Below are positions 19,563 through 29,985 of a stretch of DNA of 37,224 nt, piece after piece. The notes below the pieces were generated by a model that had not been told where the DNA came from, did not search any database, and saw only the letters and a list, made by a program, of their open reading frames with translations. The first letter of the stretch is position 1, and the number at the start of each line of letters is the position of its first letter. The stretch comes from Promethearchaeota archaeon. Lineage in GTDB: Archaea > Asgardarchaeota > Lokiarchaeia > Sigyniarchaeales > SOKP01. The stretch spans positions 1-37,224 of the forward strand of contig JAHLWH010000268.1 in NCBI GenBank assembly GCA_019058015.1, in the 5' to 3' direction. The position numbers and the translations under genes were made by a program.

Positions 19563-20247
19563 TTGTCGAAAAATAAGTTTATTTTACTGATTTTTTCCAA
19601 ATCATTTTTATTAGGTTTTATTTTTGTCGCTATTATGGAGACTTTGTTTTATTTATTGAAATTAAGAGATTTGGGTCCAAATCATAATATTTTAAATACT
19701 ATAATTATGGGTCTATTTGAGGGGGGGTGTTGCTACATCGGTTATATTTTATATAACTCGAAAAATCTTTGAGAGAAACTTTAAAATTGTAGCCTTTTTC
19801 TTAGATTTATTTATTATCGTACTTATTTCAATTTTATCGGTGATCTTGATAATTGGTTTGGAAAATACATCAACCAGTTACCGAGTCATGTCTCATCCGT
19901 ATATGATTCTCATATTAATTATTACGTATTTAACAGTTGTCATTTTCTTTTGGATAATCCCCCCTGAAGTTGATACAGAAAAACCGAGAAAGGAACTAAC
20001 AGAAACAAGAAAATTTATCATGTACTTCTTTTTTGTATGTTTATTATTTTCGTTATTGCTGCTTTTATTTTGGATCCCCGCAGGGTTTCGGTATGTTCAC
20101 GAGGGGGCAGTCGGAGGTCCGCATGAACCTGTTGATATCTATGCGGCCTCATTATGGTTCATATATAACGGAGTTCTAGAAAACCCTGCCCCTTTTATCG
20201 CTCCTGCAGCCGTAGGAATAAGATTTAAATTAATGAAAATAGAATAA
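19563..20247 (+). CDS. Hypothetical multi-pass membrane protein, split by a frameshift in a G7 run
   Basis: Removing one G from 19721-19727 joins the two ORFs (GLFEGGVATSVIF) into one 227-aa hydrophobic protein. Confidence 0.7.
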
Positions 20248-20369
20248 ATATTACCTAAATCTTTTTATCATACATAGTACGAATTATATAAATATCTATT
20301 AAAAAATTATATTATCAATTTATTTTAATTTTATTAGAAAAGAATTTAATTAAATAAGGCAGTCCAAAC

Positions 20370-21971
20370 TTGAATAATATTAATCCTATTCGCGAATTAA
20401 TTAACAAAATTAGTTCAGAAATTGCTGAGGGTCAAAATCAAGAAGCATACAAGACGTTCCTTGAAATTAAGGAAAATATAACCCCATTACATAATGAATT
20501 TCAGGAATTTATTGAAATAGGTGAAAAACTTCAAAATTTAATATATAATGAATCCAAAGTATTGGTACTTCTTGAACTTGGAGATTTATATCGTGACTTG
20601 TATAAATATGATATATCAAAGAAGAAGTATCAAGAAGCATTGCAAATTCAGAGACGATTATATGAAGGTGATCAAGACAGACATTTCTATTTACTCGGTT
20701 TAACACTTCTCCAACTTGGAAATATATATAGATTTTTAAGAAGATTTGATGAATCTGAGCGTTTATATCAAGATGCATTAGAATTACTTGAAGATATCCA
20801 AGATGAGGGTACACCAGAAATTTTAAAAGATATCGCACATACTAAAGTTGTTCTTGGAAATGCTTACAGACAATTAGATGATTTTGACAATGCAATTAGA
20901 AATTATGAAGAGGCAGAAGAAATTTTCTGGACATTTAAAAATGAGGATCGAATGCTTTATCTCGCAGGGATATCATGGGCTAAAGATAAAAAAGGAACAT
21001 TACTTAAGGATAAAAGAAAATACAAGGAAGCAAAGGCATTATTTCTAGATGCTTTAGAAATAAGAAATGAATTGGCTCAAGAAAATCCTGAAAAATATGA
21101 ACGTTATGTAGCACTAACACATACGAATTTAGGTATTTTATATAAAAACATGAGAGAAAATGAAAATTCCGAATTTCATCTCCTTAAAGCTTTAGAAATA
21201 CGTGAAAGGTTAGTAAAAGTGAATCCAGATGCATTTTTGCTCGACCTTACTTATACAGAAGATCAACTGGGAAGTCTTTATAAAATTATGAAAAAGAATA
21301 GAGATGCCGAGAAATTTTATCAACGAGCTCTGAATGCAAGAGAAAATTTAGCAAGAAGAAACCCTGATATATTTTTAAATGAATATTTATGGTCTTTAGG
21401 AAATCTTGGAGATTTATACCAAAGAACTGATCGATATAAGGAAGCTGAAGGGATCTTTTTAAAATGTATAGAAATGTATGAAAATTTAATAGAACTAAAT
21501 CGACAAGTATTTCTCCCTCTTGCTGCCAGAATATATGATAAACTAGCAAATGTTTATGTACAATTGAAGAATTATAATGATGCTAGAAATATTCTTTTAA
21601 ATGAACTAGAATTATATGATGAGCTAATAGAAGAAGACCGTGATAAATACCTTTATTATCTCGCTAATGCTCAGAATTTTATTAGTGGAGTTTTTTCACA
21701 ACTATATAAATATGATAGGGCGGAAGTGTATTTAATTCAATCTATAGCTAATTTTAACGAATTAGCTGAAAAAAATAGAAATAAATATTTGCCTACTATA
21801 GCAAGATTATATTTTACTTTAGGGAAAACATATCAAAAATTAAATCAAGTTGAAAATACTAGATTTGCTTATAATAACGCGTTGGATGCAAATATCGAAT
21901 TACAAAGAAACAATCCTGAAAGATATACCAAATTTGTAAGAAGTATAGAAAGTATATTAAGGAAACTATAA
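20370..21971 (+). CDS. Tetratricopeptide repeat protein (long, kinesin-light-chain-like repeats)
   Basis: Repeated LG.LY......EA...Y..AL.IR..L....P units. Confidence 0.9.
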   Translation: MNNINPIRELINKISSEIAEGQNQEAYKTFLEIKENITPLHNEFQEFIEIGEKLQNLIYNESKVLVLLELGDLYRDLYKYDISKKKYQEALQIQRRLYEGDQDRHFYLLGLTLLQLGNIYRFLRRFDESERLYQDALELLEDIQDEGTPEILKDIAHTKVVLGNAYRQLDDFDNAIRNYEEAEEIFWTFKNEDRMLYLAGISWAKDKKGTLLKDKRKYKEAKALFLDALEIRNELAQENPEKYERYVALTHTNLGILYKNMRENENSEFHLLKALEIRERLVKVNPDAFLLDLTYTEDQLGSLYKIMKKNRDAEKFYQRALNARENLARRNPDIFLNEYLWSLGNLGDLYQRTDRYKEAEGIFLKCIEMYENLIELNRQVFLPLAARIYDKLANVYVQLKNYNDARNILLNELELYDELIEEDRDKYLYYLANAQNFISGVFSQLYKYDRAEVYLIQSIANFNELAEKNRNKYLPTIARLYFTLGKTYQKLNQVENTRFAYNNALDANIELQRNNPERYTKFVRSIESILRKL

Positions 21972-21990
21972 AATATAATTTGGGAAAATG

Positions 21991-22554
21991 TTATAATGAA
22001 TCTAAAACTTTCCTGATTCCTAATTCAATAAGGTCAAAATATTCTAATTTATTTACATTATTTATTTCAATTCTTTGAATGGAATCGAGATTTTTGCATT
22101 TTTCTATTTTCATTTCGAGGAGAGGTTCTTTTTCTTTAATTTTAATGAGAATTTGTTGAATAAAATCATTAATAAAGATTTCAGATTTTTCTCTCACGTT
22201 AATCTTCTCTGGTTCAACAAATTGAATTTCTACTTTTTTAAAGTCAAAAAATTTTAAAATACAGAGAAGATCGTTATTTTTAGAGAATAATTTTCTTTTT
22301 ATTAAAGTCCCACTACCTTTATTTCCTATACTTTCTTTAAATAAATCTTCAGCACTCAATAAATTACTAGCAGTAGTAAAACTTTTTCCTGAGATCACTT
22401 TATTTAATTGATTTATTACTAACTTGAGTTCATTAACCTCCTCAGTAAGTTTTTTGATTAGTTCTTTTTTTTCAAGATATTGTTTATTAAGTGTTCTGTG
22501 AATATTTACTAATTTTTCAATTTCGTTTTTACCATCATCTTCCTTAAGATTCAT
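21991..22554 (-). CDS. Hypothetical protein with an N-terminal coiled coil
   Basis: 187-aa ORF with heptad pattern followed by KSFTTASNL and a small alpha/beta region. Confidence 0.7.
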   Translation of the reverse strand: MNLKEDDGKNEIEKLVNIHRTLNKQYLEKKELIKKLTEEVNELKLVINQLNKVISGKSFTTASNLLSAEDLFKESIGNKGSGTLIKRKLFSKNNDLLCILKFFDFKKVEIQFVEPEKINVREKSEIFINDFIQQILIKIKEKEPLLEMKIEKCKNLDSIQRIEINNVNKLEYFDLIELGIRKVLDSL

Positions 22555-22627
22555 ATATTTAATTTAAAGTGTTTCTACTATATTAAATTATTATACTGAT
22601 TAAATTAAGTGATATAAGGTAATTAAA

Positions 22628-23521
22628 ATGAAGACTGCAATTATTACTCCAAATCCCTCTGATATAGAGGTTAAAATTATTATCAAGGAATTTCAAAAGA
22701 AAGGATTCGATGTTAAAACATTAATTCCGGGAGAAATAAATGTTTCTGTTGGTTTAAAAGTTAAGAATGAACCAAATTCAGAAAGATTTCTGTATAATAT
22801 TTTCGAAGATATAGAGCCAAAAGGAGCTTTAGTAAGAGGTTTTGGCATGAACGTCACTCAAAAAATATTTTTCCGATTAGATATTTTAAGAATTTTAGAA
22901 AATATGGATATAAAATTAATAAATTCCCGAGAATCTTTAGAACTTGCCACAGATAAACTATTAACCTCCTTTTTATTTGAAAAAGAAGATATTCCAACGT
23001 TAAAAACAATAATATGCGAAAATCCAAATGATGCATTAGAAGCTTTTGAGATTTTAGGAGAAGATATTGTTTTGAAACCTATTTTTGGCTCGAAGGGTAT
23101 TGGACTTACTAGAATAAATGATAGAGGTTTTGCAGAGAATGTCATTTATAAATTATCACGATTAAATGAGATTTTTTACCTTCAAGAATTCGTTCAACAT
23201 AATAACCAGGATATTAGAATACTAGTTTTAGGGGATGAAGCAGTTGCAGGAATGTATCGTATTAGCGATAGTTGGAAAACAAATATTTTTACTGGAGCGC
23301 AGCCAAAACCAATAAATTTAAGTGATGAGTTGAAAGAATTAGCAGTTAAGGCTGCTAAAGCAACTAAAACAGAAATCGCAGGAGTGGATATATTAGAAAC
23401 AGATAATGGATTAAAAGTAATAGAGGTAAACTCAATTCCTGGTTTTACAGCACTTCAAAAAGTAACAAAAATTAATTTGGCTGAAAAAATTGTTGAATAC
23501 TATTTAGATCAGATAAAATAA
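22628..23521 (+). CDS. RimK/LysX/MptN-family ATP-grasp ligase
   Basis: DKLLT, VLKPIFGSKGIG, YLQEFV, DIRILV, WKTN, AGVDILE, EVNSIPGF; the substrate cannot be assigned. Confidence 0.92.
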   Translation: MKTAIITPNPSDIEVKIIIKEFQKKGFDVKTLIPGEINVSVGLKVKNEPNSERFLYNIFEDIEPKGALVRGFGMNVTQKIFFRLDILRILENMDIKLINSRESLELATDKLLTSFLFEKEDIPTLKTIICENPNDALEAFEILGEDIVLKPIFGSKGIGLTRINDRGFAENVIYKLSRLNEIFYLQEFVQHNNQDIRILVLGDEAVAGMYRISDSWKTNIFTGAQPKPINLSDELKELAVKAAKATKTEIAGVDILETDNGLKVIEVNSIPGFTALQKVTKINLAEKIVEYYLDQIK

Positions 23522-23553
23522 GAGAAAAAAGGAAAAAAAAGTCTTAGTTAAAT

Positions 23554-23871
23554 TTATAACACATCAATCAACGCTACAAGCCCACCTATTATAACAACTA
23601 TGCCACCAACTAAATTAGCGAAAATAGCAATGAGAATTCCAAATATAATAAATAAAAACCAGTGATAAGGGATTGGATCATCCGGTTTTAAACATTGAAA
23701 TAATACTACTATCGAAAATACAATTCCTAAAAGCCTATATAGTATTCCCTCAATATTAGCAGCTTGAACACCATTTATCATATCCATTATTGCAAAGACT
23801 ACACCAACTAATGCCCCAATTACACAAATGAAGCTTATCAATTTGTAATTTTTATAATCCTTTTTAGCCAA
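23554..23871 (-). CDS. Small hypothetical membrane protein
   Basis: 105 aa with 3-4 hydrophobic segments. Confidence 0.7.
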   Translation of the reverse strand: MAKKDYKNYKLISFICVIGALVGVVFAIMDMINGVQAANIEGILYRLLGIVFSIVVLFQCLKPDDPIPYHWFLFIIFGILIAIFANLVGGIVVIIGGLVALIDVL

Positions 23872-23956
23872 TTGAATTCACTTTACTTTATTTTTTTATA
23901 AAGAGTTTTTATAAAAAGAAAAACCTTTTTCATTTGAATTTTAAGATGATAAAAGT

Positions 23957-24571
23957 TCAAATTTTCTGTCCTAATAAATTATAATTAAACTCATTTTTTA
24001 AGATTAAAAACAGTTTATGCATAGGAAGTCCTATTACATTAGAGGGGGAACCTTCAATTTTATCAATAAATAATGAAGCTTTGTTTCGTATAGAATAAGC
24101 TCCAGTTCTTCCCTTCCATTCTCCTGTATTAATATATAATTTAATTTCATCTGTAGATAAATTTAGAAAGCTAATAATTGTGATATCGTAATCAGATATT
24201 ATTTTATCTTCAAATGTTCTGGTTACTGCAATTGCTGAGATGAGATTGTGTGTATTATTATTTAATTTCTTAAGAATTTTTAGTGCGTGATTTTCATCAT
24301 TAGCTTTGCCGATTATATGCCCTTTAAATTCTACAAGCGTATCAGCAGCGATTATTATTGCATCAATTCCCTTGATTTCCATTTTTTTTTTAACATCTAA
24401 TGCTTTCCCTTTAGCCAATTCTTTGGCTAATTCAATTGGCGGTAATTCTTTGCTTTTTAATTTATCTTCGCTGAAATCGCTTATGAAGATTTCAAAATCC
24501 AGTTGAGCTCTCTCAAAACTTTTTGCTCGATCTCTCGAACCAGAGGCAAGAATTATTTTCGGATTTTCCAT
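23957..24571 (-). CDS. maf: Maf-family nucleotide pyrophosphatase
   Basis: IILASGS..R, IIAADT, IIGK, GAY, NVIGLP. Confidence 0.92.
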   Translation of the reverse strand: MENPKIILASGSRDRAKSFERAQLDFEIFISDFSEDKLKSKELPPIELAKELAKGKALDVKKKMEIKGIDAIIIAADTLVEFKGHIIGKANDENHALKILKKLNNNTHNLISAIAVTRTFEDKIISDYDITIISFLNLSTDEIKLYINTGEWKGRTGAYSIRNKASLFIDKIEGSPSNVIGLPMHKLFLILKNEFNYNLLGQKI

Positions 24572-24621
24572 TTTAAATAATTTTCTTATTAATTCCTATT
24601 ATTTGCATTTGAAAAAAAATA

Positions 24622-25659
24622 TTATAAGATAAGGACAATTGCCCATATTCCAAATCCTATTAAGATCGGATTAAGAATATTATCACTTATATGTTTTGAA
24701 AAAATATCGATTATTAAAAATAAAAATGCTGCCACTGTAGCCATAATAAGAATCGTTCCTAAATTCACAGGCATAAAAGAGTGGTAAATAATAGCTATTA
24801 AAACCACAATCAAAAAAGTTGAGGTAAATCCTGCAATAAATCCTTCAATAGTTTTTTTAGATTGCTCGAAAATTTTATGTTTGCCGTATTTTTTTCCAAT
24901 TAATGAAGCAGTAGCATCTGATACAGTAGTTATTAGTGCAACACTTGCAAAAATTGGAAAGGGTGCAAATATAAATGGCACAAAGCAGAGAACTAACGGT
25001 GTTGATGATACATGGGTTTCCAATTCATCAGCTATCATAGATTTCCTATACCAACGTACTGCCCAATTAGGCAATAAATAAGTTTTATTTAACTTTAAAA
25101 TGTCAGCGATGGCAACCATCAAAACAAAACCAAATCCAATTGTAATAATAATCCAATAACAATATGAATAAACATCAATATTCCATTGAGTTAATACCCC
25201 AAATATATCAAGAATGTTCCCAATAGTCCAAATTATAAATATGACTCCAATAGGAATTACATGAATTATTTTTCTTTCAATGTCTTTTCGAAAATCATAA
25301 TTCCAATTTTGGGTAAAAAATTTTTTAAAATTCTCATAATCTCTTTCAATTTTTAAAGATGGATTTTTCTTGCATACCAAAAATTCATGAGTAATAACTA
25401 AAGTCCATACAATTTCTTCTATTAAAATGAGTATTGAAGAGGTTAGCCATAGAAAGTTCAGTATATTTGGATCTAGAGTCGGGTTGTGAGATTGGTACAT
25501 AAAAGGAAAAAGAAGCCCAGCTGCGAAAAATAATATTGCAACAATTAATTCATTTGTAAAAATTTTCTTTTGTCTTTTCTGTTTGTGATTTTTAAGAGTG
25601 AATATCATGAATATGATGCCGTGACCAAGGAATATCAAAGTAATTGGCAGAAAAAACAT
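24622..25659 (-). CDS. CTP-dependent dolichol/phytol/diacylglycerol kinase-like membrane protein
   Basis: ERKIIH, SDATASLIGKKYG, KKTIEG, ISDNILNP. Confidence 0.8.
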   Translation of the reverse strand: MFFLPITLIFLGHGIIFMIFTLKNHKQKRQKKIFTNELIVAILFFAAGLLFPFMYQSHNPTLDPNILNFLWLTSSILILIEEIVWTLVITHEFLVCKKNPSLKIERDYENFKKFFTQNWNYDFRKDIERKIIHVIPIGVIFIIWTIGNILDIFGVLTQWNIDVYSYCYWIIITIGFGFVLMVAIADILKLNKTYLLPNWAVRWYRKSMIADELETHVSSTPLVLCFVPFIFAPFPIFASVALITTVSDATASLIGKKYGKHKIFEQSKKTIEGFIAGFTSTFLIVVLIAIIYHSFMPVNLGTILIMATVAAFLFLIIDIFSKHISDNILNPILIGFGIWAIVLIL

Positions 25660-25723
25660 AATTTTATATTGTTTTCCTATCTTAAAAAGATAATTTGTAA
25701 AATTCTTTTATGAAAAAAAAATT

Positions 25724-27532
25724 CTAAGAGTGTGGTCTCCCTTCTTGATCCCATCCTCTTGACTCATAATATTTTGGTAGCAATTCATCAAGTGGAGGAA
25801 TATTTTTTTTAGTACCTCCCTTAAGAATTGGTGTGAAGAATCTCGATCCGAACGTATCATCAGCTTTAGTTATCCCGCAATCCATATTATAAGAACGTTT
25901 TATATTAAAAATTCGCTCTCCAGTCTTCATCCATGTATCAACTGAATATGATCGCCCTGTAATTGCATTTAATGCTTTAATCCACGGTGTAATTTCATGT
26001 GAATACCAAAATCCAAAAATGCAACCACCACAGGCAGAATAAGCTTCGCTAGCATCTTGAATTTTAATAACAGCATCTACAGCCTCCTCCTTACTAAAGC
26101 GGTCCACCAATTTTGTAAGTCCCAATTCTTTTTTTAAAGTCATACCAGATGATAATTGCATTGGCTCATAACAATGATACGCACCCCGAGAAGTAGTTGC
26201 ATAGTCTAAGGCGGTTAAATTGCTTGAACGCGGTTCATGTGCCGGAATTTCTAATCCTTTTCCGACTGTCGATAAATCTTGTGGGAGATTTCTAATTGCA
26301 CAAAAATTCTTGACTCCCTCCGCAAGGTCATTTCCAATTCCCTCTCGATAAGTTATCATCTTGATGAGTTTTTCTATCGGTTCAATTGCTCCCCAAATTT
26401 GATAATTTTCACTTTTTTCTGGATCTTGTTTAAATCCTAGCTCACTGAGATCCATATTTAAGAGCTTGCGTTCGGCAGCTTCAAGAAAACAGGCTATATT
26501 CCCACCGAGAGAAATAAGATCTATCCCTAAATCATTTACTAACAGGTTCCATTTAATAAGAGCGTCTAAATCATCTACAAAAAGGTTAGAGCCCATCATA
26601 GCGAGCATTTCATATTCAGGCCATGCAACCCACTTTCCTTCATACTCAATATTCGCTCTACATGCGATAGGACAATTAAAACAGGCGTGATGCTTTATTT
26701 CTCCACGAGTTTGCAGGGCATAAAACCCAATCTTTTTTGTCCCAGGCCAACGACTCATCGTATAATTTTTTATTGGGATGTCCCCGATACTAATAAAGTT
26801 ATCCATGTGGGCAAGCGTACCTGTTTCTCTCATTACATTAGCTAATGGTGATTCTTTCACCATTTCTCGTATTTTTTTTACGGCTACCTTAAGTGCATCG
26901 TTGTTATGAACTGAAGGTTTTCCTGTACCTCGAACGGCAATAGATTTTAGTTTTTTACTGCCCATTACTGCTCCCAAACCACATCTTCCTGCAGCATGGT
27001 CACTCTCGTTTATAATTGCGGCATATTTAACAAGATTTTCACCAGCAGGACCTATTGAAGCTGTTTTAATCTTATCATCTCCAATAATGTTTTTTAATTC
27101 AGTTTCAGTATAATGAATGCCTTTTCCCCATAAGTCAGAGGCATCTCGAATTTCAGCCGTTCCATCCTTAATCCATAAATAAACTGGTTTTTTACTTTTT
27201 CCTTTCACAATAACATGATCAAAGCCTGCACATTTAAGTTCTTTGCCAAAAAATCCACCAGCAGACGCTTCTCCTACAATTTTAGTCAACGGAGATTTAG
27301 CCATGACAAAATGACGTCCACAAAATGGAACTAATGTGCCACAAAATGGTCCAACTGAAAATATGAGAAGATTTTTGCTATCATAAGGGTCCTTATTTGC
27401 AGGTACTTCCCGCGTGAAGATAGCTGCAGCAACTCCTGCACCACCGAGATATTTTTCTTCAAGTTCGGTTGGAACTTCTTCTGAGGTAATGTTTCTCGTT
27501 TCCAAATCAATTCGAAGGATTTTTTCCGTTAT
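25724..27532 (-). CDS. aor: Tungsten-dependent aldehyde:ferredoxin oxidoreductase family protein
   Basis: YLGGAG, KSPLT, SIGPAGENLV, AGRCGLGAVMGSKKLK, CFNCPIAC, PEYE, GLEIPAHEPR. The frame extends 9 codons upstream of the TTG (ITEKILRID) to just after a GGTGA RBS. Confidence 0.93.
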   Translation of the reverse strand: MTEKILRIDLETRNITSEEVPTELEEKYLGGAGVAAAIFTREVPANKDPYDSKNLLIFSVGPFCGTLVPFCGRHFVMAKSPLTKIVGEASAGGFFGKELKCAGFDHVIVKGKSKKPVYLWIKDGTAEIRDASDLWGKGIHYTETELKNIIGDDKIKTASIGPAGENLVKYAAIINESDHAAGRCGLGAVMGSKKLKSIAVRGTGKPSVHNNDALKVAVKKIREMVKESPLANVMRETGTLAHMDNFISIGDIPIKNYTMSRWPGTKKIGFYALQTRGEIKHHACFNCPIACRANIEYEGKWVAWPEYEMLAMMGSNLFVDDLDALIKWNLLVNDLGIDLISLGGNIACFLEAAERKLLNMDLSELGFKQDPEKSENYQIWGAIEPIEKLIKMITYREGIGNDLAEGVKNFCAIRNLPQDLSTVGKGLEIPAHEPRSSNLTALDYATTSRGAYHCYEPMQLSSGMTLKKELGLTKLVDRFSKEEAVDAVIKIQDASEAYSACGGCIFGFWYSHEITPWIKALNAITGRSYSVDTWMKTGERIFNIKRSYNMDCGITKADDTFGSRFFTPILKGGTKKNIPPLDELLPKYYESRGWDQEGRPHS

Positions 27533-27654
27533 TTATCACCTTTTTATGAATCTTTTTTTATTAGATTGAATTTTTGCATGTTTATCTTTTTGCTTTATTT
27601 ATTTATAAATTTTCTATTAATTATTAAACATTATAGTCAGGAACTTGAATTATT

Positions 27655-28764
27655 TTAATAAAGAAATTGATAATAAATCAAACCAGAAAATCTTAGAAAT
27701 AAAAATAATAGAGTTGAACAAATGGGAATTAAAAGATTGTCAGAAGCATTCAGTGGTTTTTTTATAACAATATCAATTATTAAAAATAAAATGGAAAATA
27801 AAAATGCCCAAATGAAGCCAAGAAAAAAGGAACTCAAGAAAAAACTAACTACTGTTGAACTAATAGTGCCTTCCCAACATTTATTCTTATTCCATTTAAT
27901 TGGGTAATGTTTTGTTCTCATTCCAACTTGACTTGCAACTAAATCTCCAATTGAACTCATAGAAATAATTGCAAAAAAGGATAAGGGGGGCAAAAATGTT
28001 GCCGCGAATAAATGTCCAATAAAAAAATATAAAAAAGTTCCATAGGATTCCTTCTCTTCTTCTTTTAATAAACGCACGGAAATAAAATTAAGTGGAAATG
28101 AGAAATTTTTAGACTTTCTGGTAAACTCCATAAATAGAGTTATTATAGCAAAACAATATAGAACAACAATTAAGAAAAAATAAAACCAACCCAATGTATA
28201 CAAATAGAAATGAATATTATTTACATCAGAATACATAGATGAGAAGAGAAATAATAGATCAGATTCCATGGGAAACATTCCATACAAATTTCCGGTATGT
28301 GAGTAGACTACTGAGCAGCCAATACTCCAAATTATAAAAAACGAGATAAAAATAATTATGTGTGGTAATTTCCGAATTATATCTCTATTCACAGGTTTCC
28401 ATTCCCTAATATTTAATTTTCTTCTTTTTTTTCCAATTACATTTTCTTTTTTAATATTCCTTCTAGATTTTTCTTTTAAAATGTAATAAATTTTAACGAT
28501 AATTGAGAATACAATAACCACGCTTAATATGATTGAAAGTGGTGTAAAAAATAGAGAAGGCAGAAAAAATCGCTCCCAAAATGCACCATTATACATTAAA
28601 ATCATTAAAATTGAATAATGAAAAAAGATAATAAACAAAATTAAGAAACCTAAAATATTATCCAACAGATATTTTTTATTTGAATGATGTAAATATCCAA
28701 AAAGAATAAAGATATAGCACATAACCGTAAAGATATAAATTAAAAAAAAGTCTGTATCAAGCAT
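27655..28764 (-). CDS. Second CTP-dependent dolichol/phytol/diacylglycerol kinase-like membrane protein
   Basis: IRKLPH, IGDLVASQVG, NKCWEG, ASDNLLIP. Confidence 0.78.
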   Translation of the reverse strand: MLDTDFFLIYIFTVMCYIFILFGYLHHSNKKYLLDNILGFLILFIIFFHYSILMILMYNGAFWERFFLPSLFFTPLSIILSVVIVFSIIVKIYYILKEKSRRNIKKENVIGKKRRKLNIREWKPVNRDIIRKLPHIIIFISFFIIWSIGCSVVYSHTGNLYGMFPMESDLLFLFSSMYSDVNNIHFYLYTLGWFYFFLIVVLYCFAIITLFMEFTRKSKNFSFPLNFISVRLLKEEEKESYGTFLYFFIGHLFAATFLPPLSFFAIISMSSIGDLVASQVGMRTKHYPIKWNKNKCWEGTISSTVVSFFLSSFFLGFIWAFLFSILFLIIDIVIKKPLNASDNLLIPICSTLLFLFLRFSGLIYYQFLY

Positions 28765-28831
28765 TTTTTAAAAATTGGATATTTCTTACTTTTAACTAAA
28801 TCTATAGTATATACTCTAATGATAAAAGAAC

Positions 28832-29881
28832 TTAAGGAATTACAATAATTTTTAAACCTGTCTTTTCTTTCATAATTTTCATTCCTTCTGAGAGGAAATT
28901 ATCCAGAGGAATTTTGTGAGAAATGAGTTTGTCAGTATCAATTGTATTATTTTTAATTAAACTTATCGCATCTAAGTAATCAACACCGCTAGAAATATAT
29001 GAACCAAGAATTGATCTCTGCCAGCGAACGATATCATTAGGTTTAATTGTCCCCACCGCTCGTGAATCTTGTCCAAATAAAATTAACCTTCCTCTACTAG
29101 CCCATATCTTTTGAGCGATTTCAAAAGTCGAAGATTTACCTACGGCATCAATTACCACATCAGCTCCGTGGTTATTTGTTAAATCTTTTATTTCTTTCTC
29201 AACATCATCGGTCTCTGGATTAATCACATAGTTTGCACCTAATTCAAGAGCTTTTTTTCTTCTAAATTCCATTGGCTCAACAACAAATAATTGATTTATT
29301 GGATGTTTTCGTATTATAGACTCAATAATCAAGCCCATAGGGCCTGCTCCAAGAATTACAAGATTATCACATTCTTTCACACCCGCTATATTATGACAAT
29401 GAACTGCACAAGAAAGCGGTTCGATTAGTGCTGCTTTTGTAAAATCTATATCTATTGGAAGTTGATAGAGTGCTCTACGTGGGATAACACAATATTTTGT
29501 AAATCCTCCATTTTGAAAAATCCCAAACGTTTGATCAGTTGCGAGAAATTCACATTGATTATCATACCCTCGCCTACAAGCCGGGCAAATCCCGCATTTT
29601 AAATTTGGATCAATAACAACTTTATCACCTTTTCTTAAATCTTTAACATCTTCACCTATATTCTCTACAATCCCACAAAATTCATGGCCTAAAATAACAT
29701 TATCATTAGCCGGATGGGCTCCTTCCATGATTTTTAAATCAGTTCCACAAATCCCGCAAGCTTTGATTTCAATTAAAACATCATTATTTTGTTTTATTTC
29801 TGGAATATCCACTTGCTCTAAGGTAATTTCTCCCCCATTTTCACCTTTTTTATGAAAAACAGCTGCTAACATTTTACCCAT
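28832..29881 (-). CDS. Zinc-dependent (MDR) alcohol/polyol dehydrogenase
   Basis: CGICGTD, GHE, CGICPACRRGYDNQC, EPLSC, GAGPMG. Confidence 0.93.
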   Translation of the reverse strand: MGKMLAAVFHKKGENGGEITLEQVDIPEIKQNNDVLIEIKACGICGTDLKIMEGAHPANDNVILGHEFCGIVENIGEDVKDLRKGDKVVIDPNLKCGICPACRRGYDNQCEFLATDQTFGIFQNGGFTKYCVIPRRALYQLPIDIDFTKAALIEPLSCAVHCHNIAGVKECDNLVILGAGPMGLIIESIIRKHPINQLFVVEPMEFRRKKALELGANYVINPETDDVEKEIKDLTNNHGADVVIDAVGKSSTFEIAQKIWASRGRLILFGQDSRAVGTIKPNDIVRWQRSILGSYISSGVDYLDAISLIKNNTIDTDKLISHKIPLDNFLSEGMKIMKEKTGLKIIVIP

Positions 29882-29985
29882 ATATACCCACTCTATTTTT
29901 TTTAAAATAAATTATTCTTCGATTTACTAATTCTTAAATTATTGATCAAAAATAGTTATTACATAAAGAAATATATTTTTAAATT

